Source of the DNA: Spirogloea muscicola
Taxonomy: Eukaryota
Length of the DNA stretch: 40,785 nucleotides
Reading direction: 5' to 3'
NCBI GenBank assembly: GCA_009602725.1
Contig: WELB01000027.1
Coordinates: forward strand, 569,329 to 610,113
Part shown: positions 31,457-40,785 of the stretch, piece by piece
Layout of the letters: each line of letters opens with the position of its first letter
How positions within the stretch are numbered: the first letter of the stretch is position 1
Position numbers and translations under genes: made by a program
Notes under the pieces: generated by a model
What the model was told of the DNA's origin: nothing
Databases searched by the model: none
The model's input: only the letters and a program-made list of their open reading frames with translations

Positions 31457-34400
31457 ATGGCAGTCCGCCGCTGGCGCGCCCCGCCACAGGCGTCGCTGGC
31501 CGCCGCCTTCGCTGTGGCCGTCGTTTGCCTCGTCGCGGCCCTCTGTGGCGCCGACGCCGCCGGGGGGAGCTTCCTGGCCAAGGCGCCGCCGCTGCCGAGG
31601 TCGCCGCCGCCGCCTGCCGCCGCCTCCGCCAGCCGCGGCCATCACAAGCGCTCGATGCCGCCGCCTGCTGGCGGCAACAAGAAGCCGCCGCTGCCGCCAG
31701 TCAAGGCAGGGCCGACTCGCAGGCATCACAAGCAGCCGCCTCCGCCGCATCTGCCAGTGCCGCCGGGCAGCGCCGGCAAGCACTCGCCCCCGCCGGCTGT
31801 GCGCGTGATCCGCGGCCATCACAAGAAGGCCACAGTGCCGGCTCCGCATCCGCCACCGCCCGGCACCGGCGGCTCCCCAAGGCGCCCCCCGCCGCCAAAG
31901 GCCGTGACGACGACCACGAAGAAGGGTGGCCATAAGAAGGTCACCAAGGCGCCACCTCCTCCAAGAGGCACCAGTGTACTGTGGCCGCCGCCGTCCATTT
32001 CTTCACGGAAGCGGCGTCCGCCTCCGCCACACAATGGCACTGGAGGCAGGGGGCCTGCCCTGCCACCGCCGCCCAACATCATCAAGGGGGGTGTGCCCCC
32101 GCAGCCCAGTCCCGTGGGCAAGGTCGACACGCACAGCTTCCCAACGATCGGCAAGCAGGTGGCGCCCTCGTCTGCGCCGGCCTCTGGGGGCGGCATCGTG
32201 AGCCCCGTGCCGACGGGGTCGGCGGGCCTGGGCGACGCCGGCATGCCAAAGCTCAATGACGCCCGGTGGCTGTCCCTGCACAACCAGTACGTGTCGCAGG
32301 CCCTGGGCACCAAGTATGTTGACGTCATCTTCGTCGGCGACTCCATCACCGAGGTACATGGCTGCTGTGTTTTGTCCCCACCTCTCCGACGTCTGCCAAT
32401 GCAGAAAGTCATAGACATTGTATATTGAACGCAGTTAGAACATTATTCAACATTCTATAAGTCCGAATTAGATGAGGCACGTACAGGCTTTAGGATATGC
32501 CTGCATGGGCTCGCTCTTTTGTTAGCTGAGATGGTTGATGATGAGCCCATTGTATCCTTGTTGATTGTATGTTCAGGGCTGGGAAGAGACCCTGAAGGGA
32601 TACCCTGTGGGACTCTATCACGGTGCCAAGTGAGGACTCTGCCTTACCTCCACAAGCTCTTCCTGGCCAGCTCATGCTCCATGTACCTTGTTGCCCTTCA
32701 TTTGGCCATAACATGTGACCTTGTACGTGAAGGTTGCCCTGATGTATAGCAGCAGAATAAGAAACTGCATGATTATGACATTTACCGCTATGTGCGGCGC
32801 CTTTTCATTTGCAGGGCGCAGCTTCAAAAGCTGATGGCAGATCTGGGGAATGTCCAGGGCAAGCCTCTGTCATACTTTGACTTTGGCATTGCACAGGACA
32901 CATCACGCAATGTTCTGTGGCGTCTCCTGGTATGTAGGAGTGTGCAGATTAGGCCATGCTGAACTCAACAGGTGTTCTGTAGGAGATTGTTGTGGTGATT
33001 GATCATGATCACCTGGTTACTTGTTGTTCACAAATATGATGAGGAACACTGTTGCGCACTGCACAGAATTTAGGAACTCCTGAGCTGCCCAGCTCGCTCT
33101 CTGTCAAAGTTGTGGTGCTTTGCATCGGCATCAATGATCTCCTCACCAACTCCTCCATCTCCACAACAGCAGCCAATGTAACTACTCTTTCCAGCTGTCG
33201 ACTTTGCCCAAATCAGTCTGTCATATTTTGTAGCTGACTTGTAAAATTACCCTCACTTTACTGTGTTTTCTATGGTATATTGTTTCATGCTGGACTCTGT
33301 TTCAAAGAATGTGTTGATGTGCTCCTTTGTGTACCCACTGCATCGCACGATAGCCACTGCATGGCATGAAGTACACGTTTTGCATGCCCTGGCTTTTGGC
33401 AATATGTTTGTTATCTGCTTCTGAATGACCAATTATACTCTGAAACTCACAGATAGCAAAACTTGTGGTTGCTATTCGAGAAAGCCACCCAAACACTGCT
33501 GTGCTTGTGAATGGCCTTCTTCCTGAGGTGATTTCTCATACCATGTCTGTAGACATCTACATCAGTCCTTCATGGAAGTAGATGTAGCATCTAGCAACTC
33601 ATGCTGGCTGCTGTCATATATTCTATGTCATTTTGTGTGTAATCTGCTCTCATGTGTTTGTGAGTTGATGTTTAGGTTTGCATGGCATTGCACATAAATG
33701 TCACCATGATCTGCTTGCTTACTTTACCATGCTTCATCAGCGTTGGAGCAAGGCATGCCCTTCCTCACAGGCTGCTGCATTACTGCCTTCTGATGACAGA
33801 GTTTTCTCGAGGGAGGGACTCCAAATCTCAGTCAACCAATTGGCTGGACGGGCCTGGTGAACGCACAGCTGCAGCCTCTCAACGGTAAAGTTCTTGACAA
33901 CCCCGCTGGCGACATTCTGAAGTCTCTGTATTGCTCATCACAAGTCTTAGTGTGGGATAATGCTGGACCTTGCAAGGCCATGGTTTGGGTTCTTTCGATT
34001 GCACGCTGTTAGCATCTTGGTCGCGACCTCGGCTGTCATTTGTAATCACGGGGCCTTGTATTCTTGTGTGAGCAGGGGGCTTGATCAAGTACATTGACTG
34101 CAGTAGTCGTTTCCTGACGCCTTCAGGCACCCTTAATACTCAACTGTATGTCAAGGTGAGTGCTCTTGTTAGCCTTGGCTTACTACATGCTAGCTTCATG
34201 AGTATGATTCATAACTCAAGGATGCTTACATGACTCTATCAAGTCCTCAGAAAAGGAAAAAGGCAGTGTTTATCACAGGACATGTCCTGTAACTACATGT
34301 CCTGTGACCACACTGTGAGCATTGTTGTTGACTACCTTGGACACAATATGCATCTACGTCACGTGTCCTTTTTGCCAAGGGTTGCAGTGCTTCAGTGCTG

Positions 34401-36482
34401 GTTATGATTGTGCTTATGAAGTCAAGTCGTATGCCTCTTCTTGGGCTCAGGACTCTTTCCAACTGCTTCACCTCTCGCAATATGGGTACGGGCAGTGGGC
34501 GAGCTGCATGATGCCTTTCATCGCCAAGCTCCTCTCCACCACCACAGGCCTCCAGCCGTAAGTAGCTCCCACAACACACGTCACCAACAACACCCCGCCC
34601 CACCCCTGCCCCCGCTTGCCCTTCACTCTCCCACCCCTCCAGTACGCCACTTAAGCCCGGCCGTCAAAAGCCTGAGGCAACCGAAAGGGGGACATCACCA
34701 GGACGCCATCCAAATAAAGCAGCAAGGCAGGAGCCAGCTCAGAAGTCCCTCGCTCGGCTTTTACCACGAAGGACAACCTCTTGCCAAGGACCTTGCGCTG
34801 CAGTCCCACTCCGACTGCTCCTAGGAATGTACAGTACAGAGGTCCGAGAGGCCTGCCTTGACCAGATGCTCTCTCACCTGCTACTGGTGGCTGGTCGCCC
34901 GTCCGTGCCTTGCAGCTCACCCACCTTGAACTAGACCATGGCCCCTTGCCTCATGTGTTTGCTCTCTCTCTTTCTCTCCCCTCTTCCGCGCCAGTGCCAG
35001 GCCCCCTCCTCCACCACAATCACCCCAGCCGCCGGCAGCCACTCCCCTCGCCGCACCATCGGATGGCACCCTTGCGCCCTCGCCGGTGGCGGCAGTGCCC
35101 CCCAGCCCGTCCCCATCCGGGGCTGGCGGCGGTGCCGGCGGAGCACCGCCTCCACGGCTTTCCTCTCCGGAGGGAAGCTTCACACCTCCTCCGGCTGGCC
35201 CGGCTCCTGACGTCGGCGTCCCCCTCGGCTCCCCTCCCTCCTTGCTCCCTCCCTCTGTAGCGCCTCCCCCCTTCCCCACCCGGAGCCCCCGCCCCCCAGC
35301 AGCCGCCCCGCAGCCAAGCCCTGCAGGTTCAGCCATGCCGCCGACCTCTCCAACGCCAGGCCCCCGTCGCTCGCCTGGCCCGGTGCTCTCCTTCAAGAAA
35401 CAGCCGCCGCCACAATCGCCGCCGGAAGCCCACCGGCCGCCACCACCCCGCCCGCCGCCGCCGCGCCATGAACCGCCGCCAANCCGCACTCCCCTCCTCC
35501 TACCAGCTCACCCCCACCTCTGCAGCCCCCTCCACAGTTGTGCTCACCACCACCTCTGGCCCCACCGCCCATGGCCCTCCCTCCCGCCCCAGCACCACCT
35601 CCCGGGGGTCCCGTGGCCAAATTCCTACTACCTCCACCTGTCCTTGTTCACTCCCCGCCTCCTCGCCACCCTCCTCCAACCCTGAAGCACCCTCCTAAGC
35701 CGCTGCCTTCACCGTTGCCGCCTCCTCCGCTCCTCTCCATCCTGTCGCCGCCACTGTCACCCCTGCCTAGCCACTCGCCGCCGCCACCATCGCCCATCAT
35801 CGCAATACGCCACCCTCCACCACTTTCGCCACCGCCACCTACACAGCCACCCCCATCTCTGCGTCCTCCACACTCCCCAGCAAGATTGGCGCCACCACAC
35901 CAGCCCCCTTCCTCCCCCCCGTCACCAGCGGCTGGTACTGATATACACCCGCCGCCTGTCGATGACAGGGGTGCTCCTCCGGCCCCCAGTCCAGGCATGC
36001 CGCCCCCTGGAGCTGCACCGCAGGTTGCTCCCCCTCTTGCGACACTCCCACCCCCCTCAAACCCCCCGCCGGCAGCGCCAGCTCCTGCACCAATCTCTTC
36101 TCCGCCTCCTCCCAATCCCAATCCTCCCTCCTTTCCGCCAGCAGCTACACCAGCAGCACCTCCTGCACCGGCTGCTGCTCCGCCTCCTCAGCCCCCCCCA
36201 GCTGTTAGTCCAGCAGCACCGCCTGTGTCAGTGAGCAGTCCTCCGCCTCTCCTGCTGCACCCTCCTCCTCCTGTGCACACCCCTACGCTGGTTGCGCCAC
36301 CAAGGGCATTGCCACCTCCGTCAGGGATCCCCCCTGCTCCCGGCCCCACGCCTGAGGCAGCTCCCCCACCTCCGTCCCCTCCTTCGCCCTCCCCACCAGT
36401 AGGACGCTCCAGGCGCAACATGCCGTTGCACTTGTTGAGCACCCTCGCCGTGGGCTCCGTGCTGGCCTTCATCTTAGTGTAG
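31457..36482 (+). CDS. Secreted chimeric protein: signal peptide, basic Pro-rich region, SGNH hydrolase (PAF-acetylhydrolase Ib-like), long Pro-rich HRGP-like region, hydrophobic C-terminus (possible GPI signal)
   Basis: Phase-consistent exons 31457-32353, 32577-32629, 32815-32929, 33067-33177, 33453-33527, 33800-33884, 34076-34155, 34451-34557, 34995-36482 (frame break at the N at 35483). Motifs DARWLSLHN, VIFVGDSITE, FGIAQDTSRNVLWRL, VVLCIGINDL, VLVNGLLP, YIDCSSRFL, FQLLHLSQYGY. Ends LHLLSTLAVGSVLAFILV*. Confidence 0.85.
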
Positions 36483-37377
36483 GTCAGCTCTCGTGAGCAC
36501 CACAGCCCAGCATAGAGCAGAGATTGTAAGACATTTATTTCATTTTTTTAGGCAGGTATGCGAGGGGCATAAGAGACACTGCCCACCACTCAGCAGGGCT
36601 CAGAGTGAGTTACTGCCTAGTTTGGCTCCTGATTCTTGTTCAGATTGCTAGCAAGCTCGTTCATTTGTTGCATGTGCTATACATCTACCGAGGTCCTGCT
36701 GGTCTGCTCAGCTGTGACTCAAGTGGCCTTCCTTGGGTACTGAGTCGAGTCATCCCTTCGCGAGGCAGCATGTCAAGCAGATCACAGTTTCGACAAGTAC
36801 AAACTGCCTAATCCATACCGAGACGGAGAAGACTTGAGTCGGTATGAGTTGATAGACTCACAAGTGTCTGCATCTATTATACAATCTAACTTATTAGTGG
36901 TTCTCTTCGTGCCACAATTGCTTGACTCGACTTCCTACATGAGACGCAGACATGTCTTAGAGATGATGTGACTTGTTGCGGACCCTGTTGGGAAGGCTGT
37001 CTAATGTCCCTACTTGATGTGAGCAAAGCAGGGACAGGCTTGACTGCGGGTAGGAAGCATCAAGAGAGATCTCACAAAGTGGAGCGTGTGATCGTCTGTA
37101 ATTACTGAACTTGCATTGTTGCACGATGTTCAAGACGCCCTCACCATGTGATTCCGTCAACGTCCAAGGATTGCACAGGTTCTGTCTGAGTTGACTTTAG
37201 ACATCAGTGCCCATAATATCATGGCGCCTGTTGAAGAGTACATGCAAAACCATCAAAGTACACCCGAAGTACCATGTGAGAGATGGAGCATTGGTTACAG
37301 GAGTGCGTCGGACGATTAGAGGACTGGTGCTGATGGGAGGGGCTTGGTAATGGTATAGTCAGCGTGGCAGGGAGAGC

Positions 37378-38290
37378 CAGTAAGCTCTTCCAGAGGGGGC
37401 GGGGGCTTTGAAAGCCCAGCCCAGAAAGAGTTAACAAGGTTCACATGGCTGTAGGCGCCAAAACCACACAGCTATGCATGAGACTACAGCGAGAAACCCT
37501 GTTTCAGCAGCCGCAAGTCATAATTTGCAGTTGGAAGAGAGGCACACCGACGCCATCCAGAAGTAGCAGCCAAAGCGCGGCCTGCCCACAAGTGCACTGT
37601 GTGCCTAAGAACTTTGAAAGGAGCCAGACAGCCGCATTCAGAACAAGTGGGCGACCGACCCGGTGGAGTTGAAGCTGGGCAGCTCATCTTGCTGTCCCTG
37701 CAGAAGATCTATGGCCCGCCGTAGCAAGCCGCTGCGGAAGGTCCAGCCACCGGCTGCCGAACGCCCAGTGCACGTCCATCGTCAGCGCCACAAACTCGTC
37801 GCCGGCTTGGTGATGTGCATATTTCCGCTCTTCACCGCTGGCAGCCTTGCACGACCGCGTGCCCTGCTTCCGATACCAATTCGATGGGGTTGGCGGCGTC
37901 TACAAAGTCGGTAGTCACGACGTCCGCCACGATGCGAGGACCCCCTCCTTGCGTGATGGCGACCAGGTCAGCGCGCCGTGTATGGAGACGACCGTCAGCT
38001 CCATCCGCCAGCTAGCTTCTTGGACCTGCATTTCCTGTCTAGAGGTTACTGGACGTTCCCTGGCTGATGTCTTAGTCCTAGTCGTTCGCACTCAGGCTCC
38101 CTCAGACTTTGTCCATTCTTTTGGGCTGGCCTTTCCCAGCCACCAGTCAATCTAGCCGCGCTTCCTTCCAGCTGGATGGGCAAGACAGAGGTGTTCTCTG
38201 CCACTGCCACTGTGTGACCGGCATCCAGGAACACGCCAAAATGCCGTACTGCAGGAGGTCGTGGGGCAAGAATCGACGAAGGTCCGAAGG
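37378..38290 (-). mobile_element. Second 5'-truncated degenerate RLE non-LTR retrotransposon copy, interrupted by a nested copy
   Basis: Minus strand: HDLL..GVFLDAG..VAENTSVLPIQL / ADGADGRLHTRRADLVAITQGGGPRIVADVVTTDF..PSFNSTGSVAHLF..AGRALAATSGWRRCASLPTANYDLRLLKQG, then tail TGGGCTGGGCTTTCAAAGCCC. Homologous to 27070-28000. Confidence 0.85.
38014..38167 (+). mobile_element. Nested antisense 3'-end copy (different tail subfamily) inside the second RLE element
   Basis: Carries CTGGCTGATGTCTTAGTCCTAGTC..TTGTCCATTCTTTTGGGCTGGCCTTTCCCAGCCACCAGTCAATCTAGCCGCGCTT (also at 18690-18800, -). Flanked by CCAGCT at 38008-38013 and 38168-38173. Confidence 0.85.
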
Positions 38291-38294
38291 GGCC

Positions 38295-40620
38295 GAAAAG
38301 GAAGCGCGGCCAGATTGACTGGTGGCTGGGAAAGGCCAGCCCAAAAGAATGGACAAGGTCTGAAGGAGCCGGAGTACGAAGGACTATGAAAAGGAAGCGC
38401 GGCCAGATTGACTGGTGGCTGATAAAGGCCAGCCCAAAGGAATGGACAAGGTCTGAAAAAGCGCTGGAAGACATACGTAAGCAAGAAGCATGTCGGACGA
38501 TTACTTAGAAACCTCTACTTAAGGCCGTATTACACCGGGTTGGTCGGCCAAAATGGTGGTGACCGCTGGGTCACGGGGGGGGCCGCTGCTACGGAGGCCG
38601 AGGCCACCTGCACTTGCGGGACCGTCCCCCAAGCCCCGCCAGGTCGGATTGGGGACCCGGAGCGCCGCCACGGAAGCCGGTGGCCTGACTTGGACCGCGC
38701 CCCAGCACATTGATAAATCCTGCAAAGTAAGCGAAACCAGCATTCTGTGACGCAACCAATGCCTGCGGAATGCTAGTGTGCCCATGAATGAGAAGAAAAG
38801 AAAAGGACGAGACGAATTGGAGAAGAAGAGGAGAAAAACGAGAAAGAAAAGAGTCTGGCCAATGGCCAGAGTTGCTGCCTCTGGCTCTGGCTAGGGGATC
38901 CACTTCCAGGAGCCTAGCATCTCTGATCTGTGTCTGCTTAGCAGGGGTTACTGAGTGATTCGGCTGCTTAGTTTCTTGGTGTGCTTGTTTTTCTTAGCGC
39001 TTCCCGTGGCCCCCTTCTCGCACTCTGTCAATTCTTTTTTGGGCTGGCTTTCCAAGTCCCTATCCTCAATGGGCGAGCACTTTCTTCTTGCGGCCCGCCA
39101 CCCTGTCTATGGTGACTTCGCTCGTACCTGCAGCGCCCGGGTAAGAGCCTGAGGGCCACTTCACACCGGGTCGGTCGGTCGCGAATTGCCTCGTCTTGGC
39201 CTCAAATTGGCAGACATTTGAACACCCAAGTATTGAAAACAATGCGCGACACGTACCCCATCGCGACCCACCGACCGGGTGCGAAGTGGCCCTGAGTTAT
39301 CCTCGATTACTTTAGCAGGTATTGAAATTTGCGTGCAGGCCCCGCGTGAAGAAAGCGCGGCCAGATTGACTGGTGGCTGCCAGCCCAAACGAATGGACAA
39401 GGTCTGAGGGAGCTTGAGTGCGAGTGGTCACACGCCACATCGTACGTCTGCAGAGTTGTCCGGCGATGAAAAGAGAAGGGCCAGCCTTATTATATCGCGC
39501 GCAGCAGACCTTGGGAGACCTGGTGTACACGGTGGTCTTCGATACTTGCAACGTACAAAAGAGAAAGAATGCGGCTGCTGTTTTGATGAGCGGCTGTTAC
39601 TGCCAGCCAGGTGCACCAGGCACTTTGCCTGCCCCTGGCTCTGCCTGCAACACTCTGGCTGATTAGCAGGGTTACTGAGTGATTCGTAGCTGCTTTGTTT
39701 CTTTGTGTGCTTGTTTTTCTTAGCGCTTCCCCTGGCCCCCTTCTCGTACTTCATTCAATCTTTTTTGGGCTGGCTTTTTTAGCCCCTATCCTCAATGGGC
39801 GAGCACTTTCTTCTTAGCTGCTTAGCAGAGGTTACTGAGTGATTCGTAGCTGTTTTGTTTCTGTTTCTTAGCGCTTCCCCTGGCCCCCTTCTCGTATTCT
39901 GATCCTTCTTTTCCGGGCTGGTTTTTTCCAGCCCCTATTCTCAATGGGCGAGCACTTGTGTGACTTTCTTCTGCCTGCGGTACCCCTTGCCACTGTTGGT
40001 GGCGTCGTGTTTTGTGGTGTGGTCCTTTTTCGGCACCTCTTTCTTTGGCTTTGCACATCATCCATTCTTTTAGGCTGGCTTTGCCAGCCCATCTTCTCTT
40101 CGCCAGCCCCTCTTCTCTTGCGACGTCGAGTTTCGGCCTGTTTGCAGCGCGCTCAGGCTAGTGCCTTGCACCAGAAAGCTGGGCGAGCTCTAGTAGGTGG
40201 CAGAAGGGCTCCGTTCCTGGCATCTAGTATTCATGCATCGAGTAGTGACCTTTATGTTTTGACCCGTGGTTATTGAGCGGGTCAATCTGCTGTAGGTTAT
40301 GTAGATTTTTAGATGTGCTTGCCTTTGTACCTGGCCATTTGGCCTACATTTCTTTCTAATACACGATCTTTTCTTCTCTATGGGCGAGCTCTCTTCTTCT
40401 TGCCTTTGTACTTGGCCATGTGGCCTTCGTTTGTTTCAAATACACGAAATCATTCTCTATGGGCGAGCACTTTCTTCTGCTGGCCGCGCAGAAGGTGGGC
40501 CCCGTATGCTTCGCTGCCCTCCTGCCCCTGCGCGTACGAGCGAAGTCACCACAGACAGCGAATTTCGTGTATTTGAAACAATCGAAGGCCAGTATGGCCA
40601 AGTACAGAGGTAAGCACATC
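38295..40620. mobile_element. Pile of retrotransposon 3' ends and possible RT-region fragments
   Basis: Two tandem tails 38298-38460 (-); ISDLCLLSRGY* plus tail 38860-39088; tail 39350-39420 (-); SRGY* plus tail 39660-39815 and 39820-39960; tail 39990-40100; SSDLYVLTRGY* plus duplicated tail 40120-40478; inverted tail 40560-40620. Confidence 0.8.
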
Positions 40621-40785
40621 TTATGACGTAGCAGCTAGCATCTAGCAGCTACTGGAGCTGCTAGTGGAGTGAGGCAGCAGCTGTGCCAGGAGGAATGGAG
40701 GGGTGGGGGGGGGGGAAGAGGGCTGTGAGAGGGGGCTGTGCCACGATTGGGGCCTTGACATCCTGTCCTGCTGGAGCTGCTAGAG

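Noticed and set aside
34917..36472. Minus-strand glycine-rich ORFs
   Set aside because: Antisense shadows of the proline-rich exon.
36742..36934. Short inverted repeats AGTCGAGTCA/TGACTCGACT suggesting a small MITE
   Set aside because: Only about 10 bp, no clear target duplication and no second copy in the window.
38085..38390. MITE with long terminal inverted repeats
   Set aside because: The arms are oppositely oriented LINE tails and the interior encodes part of the host LINE ORF.

Overview
Eukaryotic nuclear DNA, GC-rich and intron-dense. The plant-type intron-containing tRNA-Met, TTTAGGG repeats and plant-like proteins suggest a green or streptophyte alga (inference). Spliced genes, in order: phosphoserine aminotransferase (+, 5' end outside window), Prp28/DDX23 DEAD-box helicase (-), WD40-cyclophilin PPWD1/CYP71 (+), thymidylate kinase (-), two uncharacterised coiled-coil genes (+ and -), DDRGK1/UFBP1 (-), and a secreted chimeric protein made of a proline-rich region, an SGNH hydrolase, a second proline-rich region and a hydrophobic tail (+). 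One intron-containing elongator tRNA-Met lies at 19035-19155. Three intergenic islands (about 18.3-20.4, 26.0-28.1 and 37.4-40.6 kb) are piles of 5'-truncated copies of a restriction-like-endonuclease (RLE, CRE-like) non-LTR retrotransposon group. The copies share an ORF end like 'SDLxLLTRGY*' but carry several different 3' UTRs. The most striking observation is that both longer copies are interrupted within a few bases of the same position, just upstream of the endonuclease motif, by antisense 3'-end copies of different subfamilies with 6-bp duplications. This suggests self- or sibling-targeted insertion. Two N gaps with long homopolymer flanks and four single Ns are probably assembly artefacts. 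All exon models were read by eye.
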